Assembly: GCA_963828195.1 (NCBI GenBank)
Contig: CAWHDT010000005.1
Coordinates: 32,001-96,000, forward strand
Source: Candidatus Bathyarchaeota archaeon
GTDB taxonomy: Archaea; Thermoproteota; Bathyarchaeia; Bathyarchaeales; Bathycorpusculaceae
Direction of reading: 5' to 3'
DNA: 64,000 nucleotides
The notes beneath the pieces were generated by a model that saw only the letters and a program-made list of their open reading frames with translations, ran no database searches and was not told where the DNA came from. Position numbers and translations under genes: made by a program. This document shows positions 10,549-20,363 of the stretch, piece by piece. Every line of letters starts with the position of its first letter. Positions within the stretch are counted from its first letter, which is position 1.

Positions 10549-11034
10549 TCACTTGTTTTGTTCCTTGAAGCGTTTGAGAACTTCTGGCGGCACGGGGTTA
10601 ATGTATTTTAAGCCTACTTGATTGCAAAGTTTTTCAAAATCAGTGTCAGTTGTAACAATACTGCCAGCTTTTTCCTGTAATGCAAACGCAAGGTACATGC
10701 AGTCGAAAACATCATGTTTTAAATCTTCAGCCAACCGAAAACCCTGCAGAATCGTTTCCCGACTTAAACCTAGGTAACGAGGCATATCATAAGTGTTCAG
10801 GAAATGCTCAATTGAAGCTCTGCATTCCCTTTCAGGAAGACCCCAGCGCTTTGTCATTATCCAATGTGAACGCATGGGCAAAAAATCCATAATCAACGGA
10901 ATATAGGCGCCTCTCAAACCCTCTTCTACAACCAGCGAAACACATTCAAAGCCAGGATGCCCCTTGACTAGATAAACGGCTAAAATGTTAAGGTCAAAAA
11001 CTCGTTTCTCGAGGACATTGCCATTACTCGCCAA
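10549..11034 (-). CDS. vapC: VapC/PIN-domain toxin
   Basis: VFDLNIL, HDVFDCMYLA, IVTTDTDF PIN motifs; likely TTG start overlapping the antitoxin stop. Confidence 0.85.
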   Translation of the reverse strand: MASNGNVLEKRVFDLNILAVYLVKGHPGFECVSLVVEEGLRGAYIPLIMDFLPMRSHWIMTKRWGLPERECRASIEHFLNTYDMPRYLGLSRETILQGFRLAEDLKHDVFDCMYLAFALQEKAGSIVTTDTDFEKLCNQVGLKYINPVPPEVLKRFKEQNK

Positions 11035-11245
11035 ACGTTGCCTCTCCAGAATCCAAAAACGCTTCTTTGCCCCATTTGCGATGGCTACCATCAACACGTA
11101 ACGGCTCTGGAAGAATGGGCTTCAAAACCAAGACACCGTCCGCTCTAACTACATCAAATTCAACTCCAGCCTTCAAGCCGAGCTTTTCACGTTCATCAAG
11201 TGGAATAAGAATCCTGCCCCGCTCATCCATTTTAACTTTACCCAC
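11024..11245 (-). CDS. vapB: AbrB/MazE/SpoVT-family antitoxin
   Basis: KMDERGRILIP..REKLGLKAG; directly upstream of the PIN gene. Confidence 0.9.
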   Translation of the reverse strand: MGKVKMDERGRILIPLDEREKLGLKAGVEFDVVRADGVLVLKPILPEPLRVDGSHRKWGKEAFLDSGEATFGE

Positions 11246-11282
11246 TAATATGCACCCACATTTATAATATAATTATACCCAC
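11240..11282. promoter_or_regulatory. Putative TA autoregulatory operator (3x ACCCAC around an AT-rich TATA-like core)
   Basis: ACCCAC at 11240, 11254 and 11277 flanking TTTATAATATAAT. Confidence 0.35.
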
Positions 11283-11309
11283 ATAAATATTGCTATTAAA
11301 TGGGCATCG

Positions 11310-11380
11310 GTTGGAGGATTTTGAAAATTGTTCTGAAGGCGAAGGATCACCGTTAAAAAGGGTGAGCAGCGCATTTTGCC
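11310..11380 (+). pseudogene. Internal fragment of the 10044..10319 gene family
   Basis: gttggaggattttga...gttaaaaagggtgagcagcgcatt aligns by eye with 10127..10199. Confidence 0.55.
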
Positions 11381-11437
11381 CTGTATGCAAGCGAGCATTT
11401 ATTTACTTTGTTGCCTACTAGTACATAGCGGATTTTT

Positions 11438-11629
11438 ATGAGCAAACTATGCTACTACAAAGGAGTCTACAAGGTCAAAGTTTTAACTAAAAGCGAAGGC
11501 TACTGGATCATAGAAGCACTCGAAGACCTTCAAGACTACATAAACTACAAAAAAGTCACAATTAAAGCGGGCGAAAAAAGCATTGTTTTGCCGAGCGATT
11601 TGACTGGGAAAAAGCCTCTTCTCCGATGA
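11438..11629 (+). CDS. Small hypothetical protein, shorter paralog of 10044..10319
   Basis: YKGVYKVKVLTKSEGYWIIEALE. Confidence 0.6.
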   Translation: MSKLCYYKGVYKVKVLTKSEGYWIIEALEDLQDYINYKKVTIKAGEKSIVLPSDLTGKKPLLR

Positions 11630-12233
11630 CTCAGGCCCAATAAGTATAAAGAATTTATCGGGAACAAGCATCTTTTTGTGGCTGAATTTTGGCACAAATA
11701 CTAGGTAGGACTATAGGTAGGCGTGGGTTTAGTTAGGGCTCGTTTCAGGTTGTTTTTTTGGTTTAGGGCTTGTTTGAAGGTTTAAGCTGAGGGCGAGGAA
11801 ACGTCAAATATGGCAAAAAGCCTCAGATTTTACTGGGAGAACCTGTTAGGCTCCAAACATGATTCCAAATAGAGAAGATTGCCCATTTCCAAGCCTGTAC
11901 TTTTTCCTTGAGGGTTCCTATAAGTGCATGATCGCATATGAAACGATTGTCACTACGCACAGCGTGATGCATATGGGCGGGCCAGCCTTCCTAGAAAAAA
12001 TCGTCACGTAATACTCCGAAATCTCCCTTTTAAGATCCCGCCATATCCCTCCAAAACAAGATTCAAAACAGAAACCCACTTTAACTTGCCTTCTCCAACA
12101 CAATGGGAAAGTAACTGCCTAATAAATTTCATTCCGCCATTGAAACACCCCGATCAGCATGTCACTTTGGGGGTAACGGTTAGCTGAAGGCTTAAAATCC
12201 AGAGAAACACATTGTAAACTTGGGGTCGTAAAT

Positions 12234-12482
12234 TTGACTAAAGACAGTGAACAAAAACAATTCGCCATCAATCTGGATGACTTAGATTTAGCTAAATTTC
12301 ACCGCGTCGGCACCAAAGTAATGAGTATCCTAAACAAACGAGTAAGCAACCCAGTTGAAGCCTACCTGCTTCTAAAACTATTATGCTACTCGATAGAGGA
12401 TTCTGAAGGCTTCAAGCTGATGCCCGAAGACGAAGAAAAGCTGCGAAAAATGTGCTTAGAGCCGCCAAAAAACGAGCCTTGA
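12234..12482 (+). CDS. Hypothetical protein
   Basis: 82 aa ORF with GGGGT upstream and protein-like composition. Confidence 0.5.
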   Translation: MTKDSEQKQFAINLDDLDLAKFHRVGTKVMSILNKRVSNPVEAYLLLKLLCYSIEDSEGFKLMPEDEEKLRKMCLEPPKNEP

Positions 12483-12530
12483 CTGCCCGGGTAATCAGCT
12501 GTTTTCGTCGCCATCCTTGTCTACCTGATT

Positions 12531-12728
12531 CTAGGGTTTAATTGGAGGCTTGCCTTGCCCTCGAGCCAGAAAAGCACCCGATAAACCCAAAACAAAACCC
12601 AGCAGCTCCAAAGCCGCAGTGGTGCCGTTATACGGGGCTTTAAAAACAAAAAACTCGATTCCCAAATAGATAAGGGTTGCCGATCCAACCGCAAAAAGAG
12701 CAAAACCCACCAATCTTAAAGGCTTCAT
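12531..12728 (-). CDS. Small two-TM membrane protein
   Basis: Two hydrophobic helices. Confidence 0.5.
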   Translation of the reverse strand: MKPLRLVGFALFAVGSATLIYLGIEFFVFKAPYNGTTAALELLGFVLGLSGAFLARGQGKPPIKP

Positions 12729-12869
12729 GCTGTCACAAACTTTGTATCTGTTTTAACCTAGCTTAAAAAGATTTTTTTGTCCGCTATAAGTTCTGGCGTA
12801 GTTAAGCTTACTTAAAACCATTTTTAAGTAATAAGATGTTCAGATGGGTTGCTGTTATTTTGGGAAAGG

Positions 12870-13472
12870 TCATTGATTCGAGCTAGCGGTTTTTCGATGC
12901 CTAAGTGCCGCCGCAATAAAGAGCGTTGAGAGGAAAAGCGGCAGGATTACTAACCCTGATAGCTCTGGAAGGGCAGGAGTCAGTGCTGTTGTTGCAGGAT
13001 ATACTGGCGAAGTCGTTAGAGAAGGCGATGCAGAAGAAGAAACTGAAGAAGGAGATGAAGGTGGAGAGGTAGTGTCTGGATAAAAGTAGACTGTATAGGT
13101 AACCGTCTGTGGGATAGACCAATTGCCTGCTGTATCATTTGCGTAGAGCGTTAAAGTAGGATGTCCGAAATCGAACTGGTATTCATCTTTTATATATGCG
13201 CTGTTGTCGGTGACGTTTCCAGTGCAAGTTACGTTTGCGCCTCCGTTAATGCTGTATCCAACCCATGAAAGCGTATCGTTGGTTTGGTAGAGCAACTGGA
13301 AGTAGACGCCTTCGATGCTGACGTTGAAAAAAGTTTCGTTTGTAGGGTACAAAATGGAAATGGATGGATTAGCAGCGTTTTGGGCTATTACAGGTTTAAT
13401 GAGTAGACATGGACCTAAGATTGCCAAACACAGAATCAAAAGCAATGCGACAACCCTCGACAATTTATGCAT
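12870..13472 (-). CDS. Secreted protein with Ig-like domain and PEF-like C-terminal sorting signal
   Basis: Signal peptide; YSING, H.LTLYANDTAGN; Ser/Pro linker; PELS followed by TM helix and RHRK. Confidence 0.75.
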   Translation of the reverse strand: MHKLSRVVALLLILCLAILGPCLLIKPVIAQNAANPSISILYPTNETFFNVSIEGVYFQLLYQTNDTLSWVGYSINGGANVTCTGNVTDNSAYIKDEYQFDFGHPTLTLYANDTAGNWSIPQTVTYTVYFYPDTTSPPSSPSSVSSSASPSLTTSPVYPATTALTPALPELSGLVILPLFLSTLFIAAALRHRKTASSNQ

Positions 13473-13661
13473 ACTCGTATTTCTCCCATTTCAGAGTTAA
13501 ACACTTTACCGTTACCTCGTTTAATCACATAGCGACTCTTTAAACTACTTTTTAGAACACAGAAGCTAAAGTGATTAACAGGGCAGGGCATATGGCTAAA
13601 ATTGCAAATGTTGGACGTCGGAATGGATGCAGTTGAAAAAATTGCTCTATTCCCAAAATTA

Positions 13662-14186
13662 TTACGTTTCTTTCATTCTTTCGGACGTTACCAATAGAGT
13701 GCCTATGAACAGAACCACCAAACCGACAAAGAAAAGTAAGCCACCCAAAACAACAGCCCACAGTATGGCACCAAGTGCATAAGCCAGAAAACCCAAGATT
13801 AAACCTGAAATAAGTATGATGATTCCTGCCAAGAATGTTCTTCCACCTTCAGTATCTTCAAGATACCTCTTTCTGCTTCTGCCAGTCCTGAATCCAAGTC
13901 CGCGGAGAACAAGCCCGAAACCTATAGCCGAAGGAATTCCAACAATAGGTGCAAGTTTTGGGAAAAGAAAGATTAGGTAAACTCCTAAGCCTGTCAAAAG
14001 TATTCCAAGTGTCACATAGCTGATTTGAATACCTTCAGGTTGTTTCGTTGACATAGAGTCGTCTGACGATGTGTAGGTTGGCTTAGGTACTACTGATGTT
14101 GGTTTTAAAGAAGCACCGCATGCTGGACAGGACGTCATGTCCTGAGTTACTTCAGCGTCACAGTTACTGCAATAAATCTTATCCAT
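13662..14186 (-). CDS. Zinc-ribbon membrane protein
   Basis: CSNC...CPACG followed by about four TM helices. Confidence 0.75.
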   Translation of the reverse strand: MDKIYCSNCDAEVTQDMTSCPACGASLKPTSVVPKPTYTSSDDSMSTKQPEGIQISYVTLGILLTGLGVYLIFLFPKLAPIVGIPSAIGFGLVLRGLGFRTGRSRKRYLEDTEGGRTFLAGIIILISGLILGFLAYALGAILWAVVLGGLLFFVGLVVLFIGTLLVTSERMKET

Positions 14187-14274
14187 AGGCAGCCATTTCT
14201 AAGTTATTCGGATTTAAGTTTTTGTTCTCTTGCGCTTTTTTGTCATCGTTTGCTGTGGTAAAAGGTCACGGCTG

Positions 14275-14820
14275 TTATGTGTTGGCTGAATTCTCAGCTG
14301 ACGGAGTAACTGCCATTACCAAGGAAGTGCTCGAAAAATATGATACATCGTATTTTTCATGTGCAGAAAGGAAGATAATTTTGCCGAAATTGATTTCTAA
14401 GGAGTAACTTCCTAATGTTGCATTGTTTGCCAAGTGGATTGTAATAGTAGTCGAGTTAGATGTTTCTGGTTGCAGGATAAGTTGGCTGAGGCTAAAAGAG
14501 TAGTTGAAAACTGCTTCTCGGGCAGATGCATTCCAAGGGGAACCCCCATTAAAGCCGTTACTTATGGCGCTCGTGTAGCCCACTATCGTGAGGTTTTCTA
14601 TGGGGATTGCTAATTCTGATGAACAAATCGATGTAAGATTGAGATTGACCTGTTGGGCTGAGCCCTGCGAAGCATTGATATCCGAAATGCTGGAAGTACA
14701 CAAAATTGGGGGTGTACTTACTGGCGTTTTACTTGCTGAGCTGTAACCGAAATACACCACTAAACCAACAATAACTATCGCAATCAGAATTGAAATTATG
14801 TGGTAGTATCTGCGCTTCAT
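14275..14820 (-). CDS. Membrane-anchored extracellular protein
   Basis: MKRRYY plus TM helix, then a beta-rich Ser/Asn domain; start reassigned to ATG 14820. Confidence 0.6.
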   Translation of the reverse strand: MKRRYYHIISILIAIVIVGLVVYFGYSSASKTPVSTPPILCTSSISDINASQGSAQQVNLNLTSICSSELAIPIENLTIVGYTSAISNGFNGGSPWNASAREAVFNYSFSLSQLILQPETSNSTTITIHLANNATLGSYSLEINFGKIIFLSAHEKYDVSYFSSTSLVMAVTPSAENSANT

Positions 14821-15008
14821 CGTTTTATGCTTCTCTAACTTGGACAGTTGACAATATTCTCTTAACCGATATTTAATGCTACATAATAGAACACTCCTTA
14901 AGTGAGGTGTCCAGAAAACTGGACTCTGCGAAAAATTGTTTCTCAAGAAGTCTACAAAACAGGGATTAAATAGGCTAATGGATATGACAGCTTGAGGGTC
15001 AACCGACA

Positions 15009-15830
15009 ATGGAAGATGAAAAGCAAGTCGAAAATGACAGGCAACGGGCAGAAGTCTTTGACGCTTTGGGGCATCCCACACGCATACAAATCCTGAAAGT
15101 TCTAAGCGAAGGCTCTCTTGGGTTTGCGGATTTGAAGAAGAAAACAGGCTTTGAAAGCAGCGGACATCTGCAACACCACTTAACCAAACTGAACGGGTTG
15201 ATTAAGACCGATGAATATGGCAAATACTGTCTGTCCGATGAAGGGAAAGAGGCCCTGCTGATGGTTAAAACGGTAGAGAACACCTCGCCAAAAGGTGCGG
15301 TGGAAGAGAAACGACATCGAAACTTTAAGGTGGGCTTAAAACCAGTTGTTTTCCTGCTTGCGGCTCTCCTGATTGTAAGCTCGGCAGTAGCGGTATATGA
15401 GTACAATCAAATAAGTTCCAACGGACCTTCGACTGCTAAACTGAGCAATGCAGGGTATTTGTCGGGGTCTAAGCTGTACTTGATTTCGGCGAACGCCAGC
15501 TATGAAACAGTAAATGGCCGGTCGTGTTTAGTGGTTAATGCTACGGTGAGAAATGACTACACTTCGCAAGACCCGCCGCCTATGGATAATTCAGGCATCA
15601 ACAGTACAGGAATGGCGTACTTCGGCTTAACCGCCATACTATACGAAGGAAACAAAGTGATATCTTCGGAAGATGTAACCAGTCCTGGTTCGTCGCCGTT
15701 GGGCGTTCCACAAATCGGGTTAGGAAGCGGCCAGACCACGGTAAACCAGATTGATATTGCAACTTCAACCCACAACGTGGACAGCTATTCAATATATCTA
15801 ATCATGGTTGCAGGATACCCAATCCCATAG
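15009..15830 (+). CDS. ArsR-type wHTH regulator with TM helix and extracellular domain
   Basis: FDALGHPTRIQIL, SSGHLQHHL, central TM helix. Confidence 0.8.
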   Translation: MEDEKQVENDRQRAEVFDALGHPTRIQILKVLSEGSLGFADLKKKTGFESSGHLQHHLTKLNGLIKTDEYGKYCLSDEGKEALLMVKTVENTSPKGAVEEKRHRNFKVGLKPVVFLLAALLIVSSAVAVYEYNQISSNGPSTAKLSNAGYLSGSKLYLISANASYETVNGRSCLVVNATVRNDYTSQDPPPMDNSGINSTGMAYFGLTAILYEGNKVISSEDVTSPGSSPLGVPQIGLGSGQTTVNQIDIATSTHNVDSYSIYLIMVAGYPIP

Positions 15831-15927
15831 GAAATACGAATGCTCGCTAATGACAACCAAAGATTTTGGTCTTTAGACGGCCATTTCTTGGTTTTGCACT
15901 TATATTGACTTTTTTTAATTGCAGCAT

Positions 15928-17115
15928 CTAAAAATGTTTTTGACCGAGTAAAAATTCTGGAGTAATTTGGTCATCTGGCACCTCATGTTCCTCGGGCAGA
16001 TAGATGTAGACACATATGTCTAATTGAGACATGTACTGGCACATAAGAGGTCCAACTTGAGCCCATTTAAGTCCACCTAGCCCACAGCCGAGAGCTGGAA
16101 GCGCCAAACTCTTAATTCCTTCCTTATTGTAATTTTCGACTATCCACTTAAGCCCAGCTTCAACATCGCGTACATCCGAATTGTCGCTCCAATGCTTTTT
16201 GGTGGGGAATAAAAGAAACCACGTTTCTCCATTGATATTTTTTATTGTAGATGGCTCGTCTGCAAACTCACAGTCAAAAGATAATTCCCTTTTGTATAAT
16301 GCAGGGGTTCCCATTTTGAGTTCATGTCTTTTGCATAAATCCTGATAATGAACATAGACATCGGGGAATTGGTATTTTGCTCTTGATGCGACCCCTTTCC
16401 CCATGACGCCGCCGATATTCACACTTACGGTTAACGTTTGTCCTAACGAGAAGAACATGTCGCCGTCAAGAACGGAAAGTAAGGGCGTAATTTGTCTGCT
16501 TCGAATTGGCTGGAAGAATAAACTAGGGACATAAATGAATTCGATATGTCGCGGATCGTTTAGAATCCGCTGCATTTTGTTCTTTGAATTGCAATCAGCA
16601 AAATAAATCGAGCGAACATAGCCAGGCGGAATCTCATCGGGAACTAAACATTCAGCCATAATTGTTCTTTTTGAGCCGTCAACTTCATTCCAATATTCAC
16701 GGTTTATCTGATTTAAAATTGTAGGCAGAATTCTATTCTTCTCTGCAATGGGTATTATTTCCGATTGAGAGTGTGCTGCATTGCCAGTTGTGATGTAAAT
16801 ATCATCGCGGTCTAGAATTCGTTTATCGACACCTACAACCGCAATCTGGTCAAGAGGATTATTGCGAATGACGGTAAAAAGCATCGGGTTTCTTGCTTGG
16901 AAATAGAGGTTCGCAAAATTCCAAAGACTTCTGCCATCGGGAACAGTTATGTTTTCTCTTCTGCAAACTACATCCTTGTTATATATCCTTTCAAAGTCAA
17001 CTCCTTCTTCTACAATCTTGCTATGACTCAGTATGCCGGTTTTTAGAATTGACTCTAAGTTTTTTACGTGAGTAATGTAGTACAACTCTCTTAGGAAGTT
17101 ACGTCGGCTTTGCAT
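15928..17115 (-). CDS. darTG: DarT (ssDNA ADP-ribosyltransferase) - DarG macrodomain fusion
   Basis: N-terminal half YYITH.KNL.SIL..G, NLYF, RNPML, GNAA, MAECLV; C-terminal half GDMF, VN..GVMGKGVA, FPTKKHW, PALGCGLGGL.W. Confidence 0.88.
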   Translation of the reverse strand: MQSRRNFLRELYYITHVKNLESILKTGILSHSKIVEEGVDFERIYNKDVVCRRENITVPDGRSLWNFANLYFQARNPMLFTVIRNNPLDQIAVVGVDKRILDRDDIYITTGNAAHSQSEIIPIAEKNRILPTILNQINREYWNEVDGSKRTIMAECLVPDEIPPGYVRSIYFADCNSKNKMQRILNDPRHIEFIYVPSLFFQPIRSRQITPLLSVLDGDMFFSLGQTLTVSVNIGGVMGKGVASRAKYQFPDVYVHYQDLCKRHELKMGTPALYKRELSFDCEFADEPSTIKNINGETWFLLFPTKKHWSDNSDVRDVEAGLKWIVENYNKEGIKSLALPALGCGLGGLKWAQVGPLMCQYMSQLDICVYIYLPEEHEVPDDQITPEFLLGQKHF

Positions 17116-17357
17116 GCACTCTAAACCTTACTTATTCCTGTTATTGCATAATTACAATAAAACACTTTTGTGGCAGAGGTGCTAAACTAACCTTTAGGTA
17201 TTGTTTTTAATTGGCAGCTTACGGCAATCAACAGAGTCTTTAGATGCGCGGAAGTGCCCTTTAGAGAGGTGTACTCGTTACTCGAGGTGTTTTTGCTTTT
17301 GTTATAAACAATAGTGAAATCCTAATCATCGACAGGATAAATGCCCATATAATCAAC

Positions 17358-17558
17358 TTATCTTATTGCTTCGTCTATCTTTAAGTCCCGCCGCGTTTGG
17401 GTAACTTCCTTGAAAAGCTCCAAACATTCCTTTTTTGTGGGCGCCTCAACGCTGATGCTTCCGTAAGCCCCTATGTCAATTCTGTACTTTTTAGCTTCAA
17501 CATCATCGTTTTGACCCATAAATCGCCCCTCTCCATCAGCCATTTTCCGCTGATTCAT
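17358..17558 (-). CDS. Small hypothetical protein
   Basis: Protein-like 66 aa ORF; start uncertain. Confidence 0.45.
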   Translation of the reverse strand: MNQRKMADGEGRFMGQNDDVEAKKYRIDIGAYGSISVEAPTKKECLELFKEVTQTRRDLKIDEAIR

Positions 17559-17834
17559 TGCAACAATGCTTATGGCTTATAAGTTTAATTCATATGCGCC
17601 GATATTTCCAAAACAATATAGCGCCAACCAGTTTGCTTGAAAACTCATATTTAGGCGCTCGGAGGCTGCCATTTAGGGTAGTGCACCTGCTGTCCGCTGT
17701 GTTTTTGCTTTGCAATTTGGGGGTTATGCGCATACTCCTGCCAATTCAGAAGACATTAGCTTCAAGCCCAATTAACCGAATCGTCGGCATAACTTTAATA
17801 CATCGTTATGTTTTGTTGACATTTCGGATGGCAA

Positions 17835-18053
17835 ATGAAAAGGCATGAAGCAGTGGCTTTGCTGAAAGAATTAAGCTCTGAGAATTTATTGCATCCGTCT
17901 TGGGTGCTTATTGACCAGCGAAAGCCCGATAGATTTCAGCTATGTGTTAAAGGCGGTTATGACCGTCGCGGAATAGAGGTCTTTGTTCAAAAATACAATT
18001 TGGCGATTGAAGAAGACTTAACAAAAGGGCTTCTGTGCATTTTTAAGGCGTAG
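17835..18053 (+). CDS. Small hypothetical protein
   Basis: 72 aa ORF preceded by CTTTAATA. Confidence 0.55.
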   Translation: MKRHEAVALLKELSSENLLHPSWVLIDQRKPDRFQLCVKGGYDRRGIEVFVQKYNLAIEEDLTKGLLCIFKA

Positions 18054-18090
18054 AAAACTTTGGAAACAGGTTTTCTGAGACAGTACCTTT

Positions 18091-18657
18091 TTACTTCTTT
18101 ACCCAAACATGGGTGATTTCCCCAAAAACAAATTTACGATAAACGTTTGCTTCTTTGTAAGCTTCGTTTATAGCGTCTTTAGCATCTTGCGTGCAAAAAT
18201 CATTGGGATCGGCGGTGGTAAGCGCCGTTAATTTACATTCAAAGATTAGTCTGGCTTCTTTGAAAGACATATCTCCACACGGAGTTTGAACACTTGCCAA
18301 TTCAACTTCCCTCATTTTCTCACTATCCCTTCCGGATTTACTTCCCAAAAAAAGCATTTGCTCCCTAAACTCACTCGGGAAATAAGACATAGTGTATGTT
18401 TGCTCTTTTTGAATCAGCTCAAGCGTATAACGGTCTGCACGAAGAATACACCACGTAGTAGGTTTCCTGAAAAGAAGCCCCAAACCGCCCCCACTGCCCA
18501 CCATGGAATTAAAATGATCTGCCTTGCCCGCAGTAAGAACGAAAAAATCTTTTCCAACCAACGTAAAAACATTGTCACATATCTCTTCCGGAGAAATTTG
18601 CTTAAAAAATTGATCAAAATTCATCTCTTTGACAGTTACAGGATTTGTTTTTTCCAT
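18091..18657 (-). CDS. Flavin reductase-family FMN-binding protein
   Basis: LTAG...NSM, RYT.ELI, GSKSGRD..K, EARLIFECK, FGEI. Confidence 0.8.
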   Translation of the reverse strand: MEKTNPVTVKEMNFDQFFKQISPEEICDNVFTLVGKDFFVLTAGKADHFNSMVGSGGGLGLLFRKPTTWCILRADRYTLELIQKEQTYTMSYFPSEFREQMLFLGSKSGRDSEKMREVELASVQTPCGDMSFKEARLIFECKLTALTTADPNDFCTQDAKDAINEAYKEANVYRKFVFGEITHVWVKK

Positions 18658-18903
18658 ATCAAACCCCTTATACAAATTATAATCCTCCTTAATAAGAGTC
18701 AAAGCTTTGTGATAGCGTTGGACGCAGAATTCGTGGAAATAGTGCGCTAACAAAAAACACACATCACTTCACCAAAGCCCTTTTAGTCCGGGACGATGTT
18801 GATTCGATGGGGGATGATGTCGCCGTCCCAGTCTGATTGGGAAAGATGAAGATTGAAAATTGACAGACCCCGAACTGCTTCTCCGCGGCTTAACCGTTTT
18901 TGC

Positions 18904-18955
18904 GGAAGAAGAAGAAGAAAAATTGTTTTTTTGGGCTTCTTCTTCTTCTTTTGAA
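18904..18955. repeat. (GAA)4 / (TTC)4 inverted-repeat element
   Basis: 13 bp perfect inverted repeat at 18905-18917 and 18936-18948; related element at 56280-56325. Confidence 0.7.
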
Positions 18956-19095
18956 TAAATATTGCCGAGAAGAACAACAGTTGTTTTCTGGGTGTTGTTG
19001 TTCCTTCATTTTTAAAAAAAGGATCGGGCAGCGGGGTTGCCATTGTTTTTTATAGTTGCTAAATTATAGGTTTTGTTTATTGGTGCATTTCGGGT

Positions 19096-19353
19096 ATGGC
19101 GAGGGTGCGGAAGAGTGCGGTGCAGATTCGCTTTGAAATCTTAGAGTACCTGTTCTTTAATTCTAAGCCTCAGCTGCGCACTGTGATCTGGCGGAAATCC
19201 ACGAATCTTAGCTACGACGATTTCCTTAAACATTTGGCGTTTCTGGAAGAGAAGAAGCTGGTGAAGGAAACAGCGGAGGGCTACACCAACTTGACGGAGG
19301 AAGGCAGAAAGCTGTATCTTGACCTGCGCAAGTCGCTTCCATCCATACTGTAG
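19096..19353 (+). CDS. Archaeal winged-helix regulator
   Basis: RKS..I..EIL, NLSY..F.KHL..L..KKLV, LTEEG. Confidence 0.8.
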   Translation: MARVRKSAVQIRFEILEYLFFNSKPQLRTVIWRKSTNLSYDDFLKHLAFLEEKKLVKETAEGYTNLTEEGRKLYLDLRKSLPSIL

Positions 19354-19413
19354 CATTCACTTGAGGTGCACTACATATAAAAACAAAAAAAGCGGGTAAA
19401 TGGTGGAGTCAAA

Positions 19414-19764
19414 ATGTCTAAAGAAAACCGCGATGACAAGCAGTACCCAGTCAGGTCGTTGCATGACTTTCTGTTTGAGCTGGATAAGGAATGGACGAAA
19501 TTCCGAAACGGCACCTTAATCGGGCTTGGATCTTCAGCTGTCCTGTTCATCGTTGTCCTCTGGCTTATACTTAGAACCAGGCATTTCGGGCTTGGACTCG
19601 TGGGTTTTGCGCTTCTGATAATCGCAGCTGTCATTTTAGCCTACAGCGTTTACGCGATGTACGCGCAGTACCGTTTCCTCAACAAGTGGGAGCGCCGCAT
19701 CGGTTTGCTTTTGCACACGGAAGAAGAGATGCTGTCGGATAAGCTGGGCGACGCTAAGGCTTAA
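19414..19764 (+). CDS. Two-TM membrane protein
   Basis: GGAG SD-like element; two hydrophobic helices. Confidence 0.65.
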   Translation: MSKENRDDKQYPVRSLHDFLFELDKEWTKFRNGTLIGLGSSAVLFIVVLWLILRTRHFGLGLVGFALLIIAAVILAYSVYAMYAQYRFLNKWERRIGLLLHTEEEMLSDKLGDAKA

Positions 19765-19856
19765 TGTACATTTTTGGTGCATATCACAAGTGCGGCTTGC
19801 TTTTTAAAGACAACAACGAAGACTTGATTAATGAAAAGGTTGGAGGAACAAAAAAC

Positions 19857-20363
19857 ATGGTTAGTTTAACTAAAAAAAGCAAAATCGCGTTAGCCGCGAT
19901 AGTTACATTGGCAATTGTTTTGGCGGTTACAGTTCCGTATGTTAGCGCTCAAACCATCGCGAACAACGCCGCCACAAACATAAGAACCCTAAATGCCCGA
20001 GGCAACATTTACCAAACAATCAGCAGCAACACAATACAGTATTACAAGGCAAACTTGACCCTCACAGTTCAGCCGACAACAACCAGCGGCAACATCAAAT
20101 ACTTCGACGTCACAGGCGGCTCACTGGTCACAGCTAACGGCGTTACATACACGTTTACAAGCGGAAACGGCGGAGTCTTAACGGGGAAACATGATGTTCT
20201 TTTGCAGGCGCAGGGAACAGACGCCAACGGGAACCCAGTAACGCTGAAAATTGCGGCGCAATACTCCTACTCGTTCCTCGCAGGCAAAGTAGCTTTGAAA
20301 ATCGGCGCTAAACTGGAAACGGCAGACGCAAACTACACTCTCCTAATGCTGGCGCCAATCTAA
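19857..20363 (+). CDS. Secreted beta-rich protein
   Basis: GGAGG then ATG at 19857; signal peptide ending in VSA; T-rich terminator downstream. Confidence 0.65.
   Translation: MVSLTKKSKIALAAIVTLAIVLAVTVPYVSAQTIANNAATNIRTLNARGNIYQTISSNTIQYYKANLTLTVQPTTTSGNIKYFDVTGGSLVTANGVTYTFTSGNGGVLTGKHDVLLQAQGTDANGNPVTLKIAAQYSYSFLAGKVALKIGAKLETADANYTLLMLAPI

Noticed and set aside
18783-19043. 86 aa ORF with poly-K and poly-L stretches
   Set aside because: Translation artefact of the GAA/TTC inverted repeat.
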